64,000 nt of DNA, taken from IMG/VR virus record IMGVR_UViG_3300028591_000005, positions 1 to 64,000 of that record; one strand, 5' to 3'. Within the stretch, counting starts at the first letter, position 1, and each line of letters begins with the position of its first letter. Below the pieces are notes generated by a model. It was not told the DNA's origin and searched no databases. It saw only the letters and a program-made list of their open reading frames with translations. This document shows, one piece after another, positions 28,701 to 39,910 of the stretch. The position numbers were made by a program, and so were the translations under genes. This stretch comes from a virus. Lineage: Duplodnaviria > Caudoviricetes.

Positions 28701-31700
28701 GGCGGCACAATTAGCTAATCCTGTCGCATTAACGATTGCAGGTATCGCTGCAATAATTGCAATTACGGTTGCTCTTATTAAAATTCAAGAAAAAAGAATT
28801 GAGCAACAGAAAAAGTTAAATGATGAAGAAATAGAAAGAGTTAATAAACTTCAAGAAGAAGCTGATGCAAATGCAAAACTAGTTGATTCTTATATGAGTC
28901 TTTATGATGCATATGCAAAGACTGGTGAAGGAAAAGATCAACTTGCAAGCGCAACAGATGAGTTGGTTGAAAAATATCATCTTGAAGGTGCAGCTCTTGC
29001 TAAATTAACTGGTGATTATGATACTTTAACAGAAAGTATCAAGCAAGCAAGAGCTCAAGAACTTGAATCTTTAATTAGTGAGACAAATAATCAAATATAT
29101 GCTGCTGAAAGAAATATTTTCCCATCTATTTATGATAGTCAAGGGGCTTATGAAAAATTATTAAGTATTGGTGATAATAATAGAATTGATTTAGCTCAAG
29201 GAAGAAATAGATGGTATCAAAATCTTATAGGAAGTGGTAATAGTCTTTATGGTTCTCAATTCTCTATAGAAGAAATGGACCAAAAGGCATATGATATTTT
29301 AAATAGATATTCTAATTTAAATATATCAAATGGACTTTTACAGATAGATACTTCAAATCCGAAAGAAGCATTAGCTATATATAAAGATTTGGTTTCTGCA
29401 TATGATGATATGCGGAAAACGATGAGTGCCGCAGAAAGATCTTCTTCTGCAGCATTTTCAAATATTGGAGATTTTATTGATGCTAATAAAGAAGCTTTTG
29501 AACAAATAGAACAATCTTATGATAAACTTTATACATATCAGATAGAGCAAGCTTTTATTAGTGCTAATTTAAGTCAAAATACTACGGCTCAAGAATTAAA
29601 AGAAAAAATTGAAGATGTAACTGATGCATTAGGTTCTTCTATTGATAATATTGATGAATATATTAACAAATATTTATCAGGTATTGATGAAATTTCAAGT
29701 GCTTATGAAAAAACTAAATTAGCAGAAAAAATTGTTAATTCTACAAAGTATAGTTTAGATGAAGCATTAGATTTAATAAAAGATTATAATGATGCACAAG
29801 TTGCATTTTTAAATTTACATTTGAATCTTGCCACTTTAGATGACGATTTAAAAGTCTGGATGGAAAGACATTCAGATGTTATTACTAAATTAGGAGAGCA
29901 AGGTTCAAAATTTGCAATATCAAGTGCTCTTGAAACTTTAGTAACTGGTTCTTCTTTAGGTGAAGAAACTATTAATAATTTATTTAATGATGAAACAATA
30001 GCAAGTTTTATTGGTACTACTCAAAGCAATTTTACTACCATGGATTCTGCAGAACAAATTCATGTATTAACTAATGCTTATATTGAGAATACTAAAGCTG
30101 TTGTTGAGAATAAAGAAGAAATTATTAATTCTTTACAAGAGGAACAAAAGGCTTATGCTGACGCAGCAGATATTTATAACAATAAGTTATCAGAAATTCA
30201 AAATAATATAGAAGAATTTAAAGAAAATGGTAAAGAATTTGGATATTCGTTACAAGAAGTTGAAAAAGCATTTATTGCATTAAATGAAGCTGGTAGTTTA
30301 GAAGAATTAAAGAAAACTAATGTAGATATTTATAATTTAATTAAAGCTTATCAAGATTATGCGGGACTTCATCATAATCAATTATTAAACAATGCTAAAA
30401 TTATTGCTCAAAACAAGGCTAGTGCAGATGCTTATAATGAATTAACTAAAATAATTCAACAAGTAAGTAATGCTGAATATAAACATGTTGAAGCAGTAGA
30501 AAGAATAAGAGAAGTTGAAAAACAGCATAGTAAAATTCTTGATGATATTCAGTCTAATTATGAATCATTAAAAGCTGCAGTTGATAATTTTAACAAAACC
30601 GGCTCTTGGAGTATTGATAATCTTCAAACTCTTATAAATATGGATGACCGCTATGTAGCGGCTCTTACTCTTGAAAATGGTCAAATTACATTTAATACAA
30701 ATGTAATTGAACAAATGACTATTGCAAAGTTAGAAGAGCTTAAAGCATCTATTACTTTAGAGTATCAAGAAAAAATGCTCGCAATTGCAGAAAATGAAGA
30801 GGCGGATGCCGCATTGGCTGCAGGAGCTGCTTCTATTGCTGCTGGTAGTGATTTCCTTACAATGGGAGATCAAGCAATTCAAGCATCTAAAGGTATTGAT
30901 CTTTTAAATGAAACTTTGAATAAAATCAGTGGTGAAAATGCTTCTCGTAGAACGCAACAAGCAATTGAAGCACAACAAGCATATGCCATTAAATTAGCAG
31001 CAATTGATCAATCCATTGAAGATATTAGAAATGGTAATTTAGATGATGTAATGTCTAAAAATTCCAAGTCTAGTGGCGGAAGTGGTTCAACTGACACTAA
31101 AAAAGTTAAAGAATATCTTAAAGAATTTGATAAACTTTATTCAATAAAAAAAGCTATTGAAGATTTAACAGATGCAATATCTGATTTAAATAAAGAAGAG
31201 TCTCATTTAACTGGTAGAAGTTTAGCAGAAGCTTTAGAGAAAGAAAATGAATTATTAACTCAACAAAAAGATTTATATTTAGAATTATTAAATCAACAAT
31301 CTGATTATAGAGATGAATTAGCAGGAGCATTAGAACAATATGGTGCTACTTTTGATTATACAACAGGTAATTTAACAAATTATCTTGAAATAACTCAAAG
31401 AGCACTTGATAAATATAATGCCGCAGTGGAAGCATATAATAGTTCACATGATAAAGGTGCTTTTAGCGTTGCCGAACAAGAGTATGAGTATTTTAAAGAA
31501 GTACTTTCTGCATATCAAACAATTCTTACTGATATGCAAGAAACTCAAAATAATCTTGATGATAATTTCTTAAAACAGATTGAAAATAATTTAAAAGGTT
31601 TTGAAGCTGATATTAAAGTTAATTTAGATTTTGAAGAAGCTAGAAGAAAAGTTAATAATTTCTTTAAAGAAATTGGAAATAATTTTAAGAAAGTATATAA

Positions 31701-34323
31701 ATCAACACAAGATTGGGTTAATTTATTTAATGTTGCGGCAGATAATGTTACTACTTATACAGAAGCATCAGGTACTATTGCTACTGATTTAAAAGCTATT
31801 CAAGAAGTTGCTGAATATCTTAATAATGAAGGATATAAAAATCCTGATGAAAATAGTTTATTTGTAAGTAGAGATGATGCTATTAATAAGTATAAAGAAT
31901 TAACTGAACAGTTAATGTCTGATGCTCATGACTTATATGATTTGTATGAAGATACATGGAATAATTATTTAGATGCTATTGATGAAGTTAAAAGTCAATG
32001 GAATGATATTTTAAAAGGTTTTGATAGAGTTGCTAATACTTTAAAGCATTATGAAAAAATTACTAATTTACTTTATGGCGGAGATCAGATAGAGGCTGGA
32101 AGGGCCTACCTTGATCAAATCTATTCAGCTACCTCCGCTAGTTCTTTAGCTAGACAAGATGTTTTAAGAAAAGAAATTGATGCACTTCAAAAGGAATATG
32201 ATCAAATTCTTGCTTCTGGTGTTGCGGAAACGGATAAAGATCTTGTAGAACTTAAAGAAGCTATCCAGGATGCTGAAAGCTCTTTAGAGAGTGAGATTGA
32301 GAATTATTTAGATGTTATTCAAAATCAACTCACTAATTCAATTAAGAGTATTATGAATACCGCTGATAAATTAATGACAAATGATAGAGGCATCAATCCT
32401 GTAATTGAAAGATGGAATGATTCTAGAGATGCTGCTGAAGGATATTATGATGAAGTTGAGAGAGTTTATGAACTTGAGAGAATGGAATCGTTATGGGAAG
32501 ATGCAATTAGTAAAACAAGTACCTTAAAGAATCAGCAATATCTTACTAATATAATGAATGAGCAATTAAAGAATTTGAGAGAGAAAACTAAATTATCTGA
32601 ATATGATATTGGATTGGCTGAAAAAGAATTACAAATTTATCAGGCTCAAATGGCACTTGAAGATGCTAGAGCTAATAAAAATGCAATGAAACTTGTTCGT
32701 AATGAGCAAGGTAATTGGGCATATCAATATGTTACAGATGAAGATGATATAGCTAGTAAGGAAGAGGATTTACTTAACAGTTTATATGAAAAATATGAAT
32801 ATGTTAAGAATGCTAATATTCAAGCAACTGAAGATCTTCTTCAATTATATCAGACAGCTCAAGAAAGATTAACTGCTTTATTAGAAGAATATAAAACTGC
32901 AGATGAAGCAAGACGTGCGGAAATAACTGAAGAATATGAATATTTATATAATTACTATTATGGACCAGAAGGATTAATTATTCAAAAAGCTACTGAAACT
33001 CATGATATGGAAGATGATTTAAATATTGCAGGAATGGAATTACTCTGGGATTTATATGAAACAGACATTGAGAATTATGATCTTATGATCGAGAGTGAAA
33101 AGGCTTTAATCGATGCCCTCCGCGACCATGATATTACAACTTTTAGAGAATTAATTGAAGCCGTTGCTACTGGTGATAATAGTTTATATAATCAGTTATT
33201 AGATAAAGTTACTCAAGTTACTGATGATAGCAGAACTGAATGGGAAGAACTTGCACATGAAATTATCGCAAATTGGGCAACTAATCCTGATAGTGTAAAA
33301 AATATTATAGTAGATGCTTATAACTCTATTATGCTTAAAGTTGCTGAATATGATTATGCTATTGCTTTAAGTGAATACAAGTCAGGCGTTGCTTGGAGTA
33401 ATATTACTGATCATGTATTATTAGCTCAATGGGCGGTTGATAGTGTTTATGATAGTGTTTGGAATGTAATTAATCAAACAGATGGTTTAAGTGATTTTAG
33501 AAATCGTGTAAATGCTATCGGAGATGCTTGGAATTTAGTTGCACAGAATATTGCTAATGCAACTAGTCAAATGACAGGTTTCTTACAATTACTTGGAGTA
33601 TCTGCTCAAGTTAATATACCCGATTATCAAAAAATATTAAATCCTATTGCTAATAATAAAACTTTTACAGCAGATTCTAATGGTGGTGCAGGGAATAGTG
33701 GTTTAACAAGTAGTGCTGAAAAAACTATTAGAAGACAGCGTCCAGAATATTATATTTTAGGACCTGATCAATCATTATATAATGGAGAACATGATGTTAC
33801 TCTTGCTTCTGGCTTTGGAAGCAAAGGTGCAGCTCTTCAATATATGGAAGAAGTCTTTGGAACTGATAGAGGACAAATGGGAAGTTATTATAGAAATGGT
33901 AGAATGTCTATATCAAGTTCTCCAGCAGCTTTATTAACTTATTCTCCTTATAGCGGTTATGCTAGTTATGATAAATTTTCTAGCGGAGATAATCATAGTA
34001 AATATTTAGATTCTACTTCACTTATATCTAGATTATTTAATGGTTTAGGTCAACTAGCTATTTCAACTGGAGTAGAAAATAGTCTTAATAATTCTATTGA
34101 AAGTAGTTTTAATAATCCTGAACTTATTGCATCTAATCCTTTTACTACTGTAGAATCTGCATTAGCAGGAAGTCTTGGCGGCGCTTCCTATATTTTTAAT
34201 GTAAATGCAGACTTTTCTGGTTTAACAGATGCTACAGCATTAAAAGATGCTTTAGAAAGTTTACCAAATTTGGCAAGTCAGTATTTAGGCACAGGGAGTG
34301 GCTTTGCAGGTAGTACATATTAA
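25744..34323 (+). CDS. Tape measure protein (2859 aa)
   Basis: TP901-type core (VGTAFKTLFARI, VAGTRQYNQLVALM), long helical/coiled-coil body, hydrophobic segments. Confidence 0.93.
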   Translation: MAKQLNVNLAFTADTREAKAQLQSLQQDLTKLTQTVGSKSPLGITKDINNAIGDVNKLQAALTKATTSSGKLDLGQFKKELNAAKLNAEKISDSLIKLGPEGQTAFAKLAQSVAMAEVPIKKVNTTLQQFATTLANTARWQISSSILHGFVGAVKGAYGYAQDLNKSLNSIRVVTGQSADQMAQFAKQANESAKALSATTTAYTDASLIFFQQGLTGSAVTERTDAVIKMSNVTGDSVEDVASYMTAIWNNFDDGSQSLEHFTDVITALGAATASSSAEISAGLEKFASIAGTVGLSYEYATSALATVVATTRQSADTVGTAFKTLFARIQGLKLGETLDDGVTLNKYSEALNAVGVQVLDTSGQMRALDDILDDLAGKWKLLSSAQQTALAQTVAGTRQYNQLVALMSNWDFMEENLETAKNAEGSLQEQADIYAESWEAASKRVKAAWQEIYAQLLDDKFFINLTNGFGKVLDEVSNVIDALGGLKNIVPILSTTLLGLFGKQFSDSLNNFVYNLDIARHGIENVIQERQEFNHELTNIQINGLDSSQASLGNLYSQQGEVQDQLIKKTIELQNQNRTLTDQEQTIVQLYQEQVNKLTEEYQKKEALAQKGREDVINLEGNALFDAKRKDYTTLGAKNQDEWNTQLLNASNNTRDLKLLAETIEEIKKVTKDGIIPEEAKESVKTLVEQVGIANGVFEESTPAIKRIYQELENIGSADLASDTLQDLTKKIKALSTGTLAGNQTLEGFINILKGIKGSSKDLIKDLEEIINKHKDNASATTGSAAAYVNASQGIKRYADAVKEINGSIASFSEKMVAGVRSVSSFAMVLNSVSGIIDTVTNPDTSGLDKTIAVLTSAGMAIGMFSSSMKGLYQTFGIADTGLTALIKKFGGLTAAMHLQNTAGIGLNVLYSKRNKEIIKSIGLLDLEDKEYKDLNADELLNALVKNGILTQEEAESGLAPKLIKARLTKASATDAETKSLQKLMAAQLANPVALTIAGIAAIIAITVALIKIQEKRIEQQKKLNDEEIERVNKLQEEADANAKLVDSYMSLYDAYAKTGEGKDQLASATDELVEKYHLEGAALAKLTGDYDTLTESIKQARAQELESLISETNNQIYAAERNIFPSIYDSQGAYEKLLSIGDNNRIDLAQGRNRWYQNLIGSGNSLYGSQFSIEEMDQKAYDILNRYSNLNISNGLLQIDTSNPKEALAIYKDLVSAYDDMRKTMSAAERSSSAAFSNIGDFIDANKEAFEQIEQSYDKLYTYQIEQAFISANLSQNTTAQELKEKIEDVTDALGSSIDNIDEYINKYLSGIDEISSAYEKTKLAEKIVNSTKYSLDEALDLIKDYNDAQVAFLNLHLNLATLDDDLKVWMERHSDVITKLGEQGSKFAISSALETLVTGSSLGEETINNLFNDETIASFIGTTQSNFTTMDSAEQIHVLTNAYIENTKAVVENKEEIINSLQEEQKAYADAADIYNNKLSEIQNNIEEFKENGKEFGYSLQEVEKAFIALNEAGSLEELKKTNVDIYNLIKAYQDYAGLHHNQLLNNAKIIAQNKASADAYNELTKIIQQVSNAEYKHVEAVERIREVEKQHSKILDDIQSNYESLKAAVDNFNKTGSWSIDNLQTLINMDDRYVAALTLENGQITFNTNVIEQMTIAKLEELKASITLEYQEKMLAIAENEEADAALAAGAASIAAGSDFLTMGDQAIQASKGIDLLNETLNKISGENASRRTQQAIEAQQAYAIKLAAIDQSIEDIRNGNLDDVMSKNSKSSGGSGSTDTKKVKEYLKEFDKLYSIKKAIEDLTDAISDLNKEESHLTGRSLAEALEKENELLTQQKDLYLELLNQQSDYRDELAGALEQYGATFDYTTGNLTNYLEITQRALDKYNAAVEAYNSSHDKGAFSVAEQEYEYFKEVLSAYQTILTDMQETQNNLDDNFLKQIENNLKGFEADIKVNLDFEEARRKVNNFFKEIGNNFKKVYKSTQDWVNLFNVAADNVTTYTEASGTIATDLKAIQEVAEYLNNEGYKNPDENSLFVSRDDAINKYKELTEQLMSDAHDLYDLYEDTWNNYLDAIDEVKSQWNDILKGFDRVANTLKHYEKITNLLYGGDQIEAGRAYLDQIYSATSASSLARQDVLRKEIDALQKEYDQILASGVAETDKDLVELKEAIQDAESSLESEIENYLDVIQNQLTNSIKSIMNTADKLMTNDRGINPVIERWNDSRDAAEGYYDEVERVYELERMESLWEDAISKTSTLKNQQYLTNIMNEQLKNLREKTKLSEYDIGLAEKELQIYQAQMALEDARANKNAMKLVRNEQGNWAYQYVTDEDDIASKEEDLLNSLYEKYEYVKNANIQATEDLLQLYQTAQERLTALLEEYKTADEARRAEITEEYEYLYNYYYGPEGLIIQKATETHDMEDDLNIAGMELLWDLYETDIENYDLMIESEKALIDALRDHDITTFRELIEAVATGDNSLYNQLLDKVTQVTDDSRTEWEELAHEIIANWATNPDSVKNIIVDAYNSIMLKVAEYDYAIALSEYKSGVAWSNITDHVLLAQWAVDSVYDSVWNVINQTDGLSDFRNRVNAIGDAWNLVAQNIANATSQMTGFLQLLGVSAQVNIPDYQKILNPIANNKTFTADSNGGAGNSGLTSSAEKTIRRQRPEYYILGPDQSLYNGEHDVTLASGFGSKGAALQYMEEVFGTDRGQMGSYYRNGRMSISSSPAALLTYSPYSGYASYDKFSSGDNHSKYLDSTSLISRLFNGLGQLAISTGVENSLNNSIESSFNNPELIASNPFTTVESALAGSLGGASYIFNVNADFSGLTDATALKDALESLPNLASQYLGTGSGFAGSTY

Positions 34324-34326
34324 TTT

Positions 34327-34355
34327 AAAGAGGAGGACAATGTCCTCCTCTTTTT
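34327..34355 (+). terminator. Terminator after tape measure gene
   Basis: aaagaggaggaca-a-tgtcctcctcttttt. Confidence 0.8.
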
Positions 34356-34432
34356 CTTTTTGGTCTTATTTTCGTAATTTACTTTAAAAAATTATGAAAT
34401 ATAAATATAGAGAAAAAAGGAGGCTTCCATTT

Positions 34433-37400
34433 ATGGGAAATGCAAATATAACAAATACAGTTTCAAATAATTTGCTTCAAACAATGAAAGCATTTGCAGA
34501 ATATGCTAAATCCACGTCAGATGGGGCCCTTATAGTTGAAGCTACTATTGTAGATATTATAGACGAAGGGGTAGGAGAATATTCTGTTGAATATTTTGGA
34601 AATACTTTTTCTGTATATTCAAACAATAGAGATTTAGTCTATTCCGTTGGGGATAATGTCTATATCTCAGTACCAGAAAGAGATTTCTCTAAAAATAAAA
34701 TTATAATTGGATTATCAAATCCTAAAGATGCGGTTTTTACTAATAACGATATCCAAACTATTTATAATGAAGTTAGTGATAATCTTATTACAAATAATCT
34801 TGGGATTATAGAATTATGTTCATATGCTGGCGATACGAGCGGAGAAACTTATGTTACAGAGTGTCCTCCCGCAGAATATGCAAAAATTTTAAATAATTAC
34901 AATACATTTGCATTAAAATGTAAAGTAAAAACTAGTTTACTTACAGAGCAACAGAATAGTGGTGTATATGGATTTACTTTATACTTACCTCTTGTTGTTA
35001 ATGCGGCGACAGGTGAAGGAATTACTGACATAGAATGGAAAGGTTTCAATTTAGATACTACGAATATGTTAGGTAATTTCTATCGTTTCGAAGAATGGAC
35101 TCCGCAAACTGTTTATTTTACATTAGATAATCAATATAAAATATCAAGTGATTATAGTCCAGTAATAACTTATTATTGTTATGGTTTTATAAAAGATGAA
35201 ACCAAAACAGATAAAGATATTTTTATTAAAGATATTTCATTATATGCGGTTGAAGAAATAACAACTGAAGATGAATCAGGTTATGGACTTACATTAAAAG
35301 CAAGTGAAGGTCCATATTTTGGAGCTTATTTTACTAATACTAAAATAATTACTCCTACTCTTAGGTATAATAAACGTCCAGTTAAACTTACAGAAAATAA
35401 TTGTGAGGTTTATTGGTTTAAAGAATGTGTAGATGTCCGCGGGGATAGTGAGTATTATAATACATATGGCGGATATGGATGGAAGTGTCTTAATGCTAAA
35501 GCTAATGTCGCTATGAATCCAGATGGAACGCAAAGCTTTACTTGGGTTACTAGTGAATTAACTAAAGAAATAAAAAGAACTGATGTAAGTATTTCTACTC
35601 ATTATAAATGTGTAATTATTTATAAGCAAACAAAAATTGCTGCAATGATTACGCTCAAAGATTTAGATACTAATAGAATTTTTGAATTAAATACAATAGA
35701 TGGAAATAATGTATTAATTAAAGATACTGGTTATGCGCATCTTGTTACTTCTGTTTATATTGAAGGTATTACAGATAAAGATGAATATAAAAATAGTATT
35801 ACTTATTCATGGATGCGATATAATAAAGATGGTGAATACATTAAAGATCCATATAGTTTCTTTGAAATTGTTAGATTTAATGAAAGAATAAATGATAGAT
35901 ATGAAACAGAGATAAAGTTTCCTGTTTATCAAATTGAAGAAGTTAATTATGTATATTGTTCTGCAACTTATTTAAATGAAGATTTAAATAAAGAATTAGT
36001 TGGAACAAGAAGTATTGCATTATTTACTTCTGAATTATTTGAATATAATTTAAATATTACTAATGATGATTTAATATATAAGTATGACGCAAATGGAGAT
36101 AGTCCTGCGGGAACCGCATATGATGGTCCTGGGACTTCAAAAGTTACTGAAATTGCGCCTTTGAATTATACCATCCGCACAGCAGATGGAAATGAATTAA
36201 GTGCTGAAGAATATTGCTATGTACATTATATGTGGATGGTTCCGAAGAATTCACTTTTCTCTATTGTTGGAACTCCTACAAGAGAAGATAGTAATTATTA
36301 TTATTTTGAAGGTTATGATAATCATAATCATACTGCAGCTAATTTAATGTATAAAATTGCTAATCGTTTTAATTTAACCAAAGCAAATGCAGCAATTATA
36401 TTACAAATTAAATTTAAAGATATAACTTTAACTGAAACTGCAAGTATTAGTTTTATAAAAGAGGGTATGAATGGAACTAATGGTACAGCATATTCCGCGA
36501 GACTTGTTTATGGCGGAGGAAGTGCTAGCTCTAGTGTTCCTTATGGAAAGTTAAATGAAAATGGCGAAGCTGTTAAATTAAAATTTGTTTATGTAACTAG
36601 TGATAATTCATTATGGTATTATAATTTTAATGATAAAACATTACACTCTTGGGATGAAGAAAAAAAGAGAATATATATACAAGTTTTTGAAAATAGTGAA
36701 GAATTAGTTTTCTGGCGTGATTTTCTTGTTGAATATAACATGTTTGATGAAAATTTTACGAATCCTTGTTTTGGAATAGGAAGTGTAGAAGGAGATAGTG
36801 TTATATTAAGGTTAAAAGAAACTCCTTCTAAAGCTAATTATCCTTGTAATATTTTACAAGCAAAGGTTAGAGTAAAACGTACAAATAGTAGTATTTCTAA
36901 TTCTGAAGAAATTATTTATGCTTATTATCCTATTGAATTAACTATAGTTGATACTAAATTAGATATAATTCCAACGATTGAAGGTGGCTTTGCGGAAGTT
37001 ATGTATGCTTCAGATGGAACTAATCCTTCATGGGACCAAACGGCTCCTTTTAGATTGGAAGAAAATCAAAAATTAAATATAGCTAATTATTATAATATAT
37101 CTTGGGTTGCACAGAATCATATTAGTCCTCATAGTGCATCTGATAAAGAAGTTTCTTTTGAGCCTGATAATAAATATGATGATGGCAATTCAAAAAACTA
37201 TGTTGCGGTTACTGCTAATTTTAAATCCGATATGCGGGAGTCAATTGAAGACACTATACAGAGTTTAGAAATAGATAAAGCTAGTCAACTAGAAGAAAAG
37301 GCTGCCGCCGCAAAAAATCTTAATTATCTTCAAGATTTTGCAAATCATTTTACATATGATGGTTGGATGGATGTATTAGATCAAATTAAACCAACATTAG

Positions 37401-39571
37401 ATATTCAAACTAATATGGTTTATAATCTTAAAGTACTTCAAAGTGCATCTACCGCATTAGAAGAATATATTCAAACACAAATTGAATATTCTTCTTTACC
37501 TATTGAAACAACTTGTGCAGAATTAATTGAAGAAGAAGAAAATTTAAAAGAATTTACAGAACAAGCAATAATTCAGACACAACATTTAAATGGTATAACT
37601 CCTTATTCTTTTGATGATTTAATTTCTTTAGAAAATTATTATCTAACTTGGAATAGCGAGATTAAAAATACTTATATTCAAGAATTAGGACTTAATACGG
37701 CTATTAGTTTTGAAGTTTTAATTGAGAATATTAATCAAACAATTAATAATTATCAAATTTATTATAATCAAATAGATACTTTAACTAATAGAAGTAATAT
37801 TAACATATATAGAAATTTTGTTGAAGATATTAAAAATACTTGTTCATATATTAGAGATGATGCATATCCGCAGTATATAGATTTAAGAGATAAGACATTA
37901 GCTTATCTTGATAAATTTAATGAATGTACTTCGATTAAAGACCTTAAAAATTATATAGGATTAATGCATCTTGATGTTTTAAATACTGCTTTTGTTTTAC
38001 AAGAAGGTTTATTACATCTTAAACAATATGTTATAGATGAATTAAATAATAAGCAAATTAAATGTCAAGAAAAATATGATGAAGATGTAAAACTTATAGA
38101 AAATTTAAATGCTGTTCTTGCGACTGAAAGCATAGAAATTTTCCATATTCGTCCTATTGTTATTTATTTTAATAGATATGAAATGAGTAATATTAACGCG
38201 TGGGACGGTAATAAATTAGAAACTGGTGATGGTAATTATTTATTAGCTCCTCAAGTAGGCGCAGGTATTAAAGACGAATCTAATAGTTTTACTGGTCTTA
38301 TTATGGGTCAGAGAATACTTGGTGCTTCTGTTGGTACAAGTAACAGTTCCCAGGTTGGTTTATTTGGGTATAGTAAAGGAAGACAATCTGTATTTATAAA
38401 TGCGGATACGGGTTCCGCAATATTTGGTGTTGCGGGAAATGGCGGTCAAATAGTTGTAGATCCTGCAACTAGTGGTAATTCAAGAAGCTTATTATATAGT
38501 AGTAATTATTGGGATACATATAATAATAAAACAGGATTACCAACAAATTATACCGATGCTAATAAAAAATATCAAGGAATATGTATAGATTTAAAACAAG
38601 GTGATATTCATCTTGGTAATGAAACTAGTAGAATATATTCTGGAAAACATGATATTTTAAGTAAAAGTGAAACAGGCTTTTATTTATCCCATGATGGTTT
38701 ATCTATTGGTGGTCAAGTTAAAATAGATAGTTCTGGAGTCATGCTTTTAGGAAAAGGTGCTGTTCTTGGAAATGGTACTTATTGGACTCTGAATGGGAGT
38801 GATGATGCAACACGTTCTTATATTGCGCATGGTACTACCTCATTTAATACTGGTAATAATTCTGTTTATTTAGGTACTGATGGAATATCGTTAGGTACTA
38901 ATAAATTTATGGTAACTAATGAAGGTGAACTTACATCAAAAGCAGGTCATATTGGCGGTATTAAAATTACTACAAGTTCTATTGAATCTGAAAACTTTAG
39001 CCAAAATACTGGATTCCAGATTAATGCAGATGGTAGTGCTACTTTTAGAAATATTCATGTTACTGGTTATGTTACAACATCTGAGTTTGAAACAGAAAAA
39101 ATTAGAGTTAATAATTTATTAGCTGAAAAAGCTACTATTACAGAATTAAATGCAGTAAAAATTGATGTAAGTAATTTAACTGCAGAATATGGTGAATTTA
39201 AATCAGCAACAATTAATAATTTGACTGTTTTAAATGAATTATCTGTAAAAACAATTACTACTGATAATATGGCTGTAAAAGTAAGGCTTGATGCAAGTCA
39301 AATAGTTTCTGGAACTGTTAGTGCAGATAGATTAAGTGCAGATGCTATTTATACTAAATTTTTAAGTGCATGTGCTGTATCGCCATTTCAAGGTACATTA
39401 TATATGGGTAATGGATATTTTGGTAATTTATATATGTATGATAATGGATATAAAAGAGTCCTTTATGAAGGATCTAATCAATATGTAAAGCATGATACTT
39501 ATACTATTGTTGCTTCAGGTACAGATGCTCAAGGCAGACCTGTTTCAATATCTGGTAGTGTTACAATTTGA
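34433..39571 (+). CDS. Large tail tip/baseplate protein
   Basis: After TMP; APQVGAG, YLGTDGISLG, GHIGG tail-spike-type motifs; internal coiled coil. Confidence 0.75.
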   Translation: MGNANITNTVSNNLLQTMKAFAEYAKSTSDGALIVEATIVDIIDEGVGEYSVEYFGNTFSVYSNNRDLVYSVGDNVYISVPERDFSKNKIIIGLSNPKDAVFTNNDIQTIYNEVSDNLITNNLGIIELCSYAGDTSGETYVTECPPAEYAKILNNYNTFALKCKVKTSLLTEQQNSGVYGFTLYLPLVVNAATGEGITDIEWKGFNLDTTNMLGNFYRFEEWTPQTVYFTLDNQYKISSDYSPVITYYCYGFIKDETKTDKDIFIKDISLYAVEEITTEDESGYGLTLKASEGPYFGAYFTNTKIITPTLRYNKRPVKLTENNCEVYWFKECVDVRGDSEYYNTYGGYGWKCLNAKANVAMNPDGTQSFTWVTSELTKEIKRTDVSISTHYKCVIIYKQTKIAAMITLKDLDTNRIFELNTIDGNNVLIKDTGYAHLVTSVYIEGITDKDEYKNSITYSWMRYNKDGEYIKDPYSFFEIVRFNERINDRYETEIKFPVYQIEEVNYVYCSATYLNEDLNKELVGTRSIALFTSELFEYNLNITNDDLIYKYDANGDSPAGTAYDGPGTSKVTEIAPLNYTIRTADGNELSAEEYCYVHYMWMVPKNSLFSIVGTPTREDSNYYYFEGYDNHNHTAANLMYKIANRFNLTKANAAIILQIKFKDITLTETASISFIKEGMNGTNGTAYSARLVYGGGSASSSVPYGKLNENGEAVKLKFVYVTSDNSLWYYNFNDKTLHSWDEEKKRIYIQVFENSEELVFWRDFLVEYNMFDENFTNPCFGIGSVEGDSVILRLKETPSKANYPCNILQAKVRVKRTNSSISNSEEIIYAYYPIELTIVDTKLDIIPTIEGGFAEVMYASDGTNPSWDQTAPFRLEENQKLNIANYYNISWVAQNHISPHSASDKEVSFEPDNKYDDGNSKNYVAVTANFKSDMRESIEDTIQSLEIDKASQLEEKAAAAKNLNYLQDFANHFTYDGWMDVLDQIKPTLDIQTNMVYNLKVLQSASTALEEYIQTQIEYSSLPIETTCAELIEEEENLKEFTEQAIIQTQHLNGITPYSFDDLISLENYYLTWNSEIKNTYIQELGLNTAISFEVLIENINQTINNYQIYYNQIDTLTNRSNINIYRNFVEDIKNTCSYIRDDAYPQYIDLRDKTLAYLDKFNECTSIKDLKNYIGLMHLDVLNTAFVLQEGLLHLKQYVIDELNNKQIKCQEKYDEDVKLIENLNAVLATESIEIFHIRPIVIYFNRYEMSNINAWDGNKLETGDGNYLLAPQVGAGIKDESNSFTGLIMGQRILGASVGTSNSSQVGLFGYSKGRQSVFINADTGSAIFGVAGNGGQIVVDPATSGNSRSLLYSSNYWDTYNNKTGLPTNYTDANKKYQGICIDLKQGDIHLGNETSRIYSGKHDILSKSETGFYLSHDGLSIGGQVKIDSSGVMLLGKGAVLGNGTYWTLNGSDDATRSYIAHGTTSFNTGNNSVYLGTDGISLGTNKFMVTNEGELTSKAGHIGGIKITTSSIESENFSQNTGFQINADGSATFRNIHVTGYVTTSEFETEKIRVNNLLAEKATITELNAVKIDVSNLTAEYGEFKSATINNLTVLNELSVKTITTDNMAVKVRLDASQIVSGTVSADRLSADAIYTKFLSACAVSPFQGTLYMGNGYFGNLYMYDNGYKRVLYEGSNQYVKHDTYTIVASGTDAQGRPVSISGSVTI

Positions 39572-39623
39572 CAAATATCAAAATTTTTGATATAATATAA
39601 TAAAGAGATAAAAGGAGAGCATT

Positions 39624-39815
39624 ATGGAAGAACTTAAACAAAAACTTATAGAAGCATGCAATGAGAGTGGTTTACCTCTTGAAGCGATTTATTTTGTAAC
39701 AAAGGATTTATGGAGAGATGCTGAAGCTACGCTAAGAGATCTCCAGTCTAAACAGGCTCAACAGAATATTCAAGTAGAAGAAATTCCTAATGAAGACTCT
39801 ACTAAAGAAGATTAA
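39624..39815 (+). CDS. Small hypothetical protein
   Basis: Own sigmaA promoter 39568-39596 and SD aaggag. Confidence 0.75.
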   Translation: MEELKQKLIEACNESGLPLEAIYFVTKDLWRDAEATLRDLQSKQAQQNIQVEEIPNEDSTKED

Positions 39816-39910
39816 TTCTTTGGACTAATTAATTAAATTACTTCCCTTCGAGATTTAAATTTCTCGAAGGGAAATTTTTTTTAATTAATTAATAAAGAGA
39901 GGTATTTACC

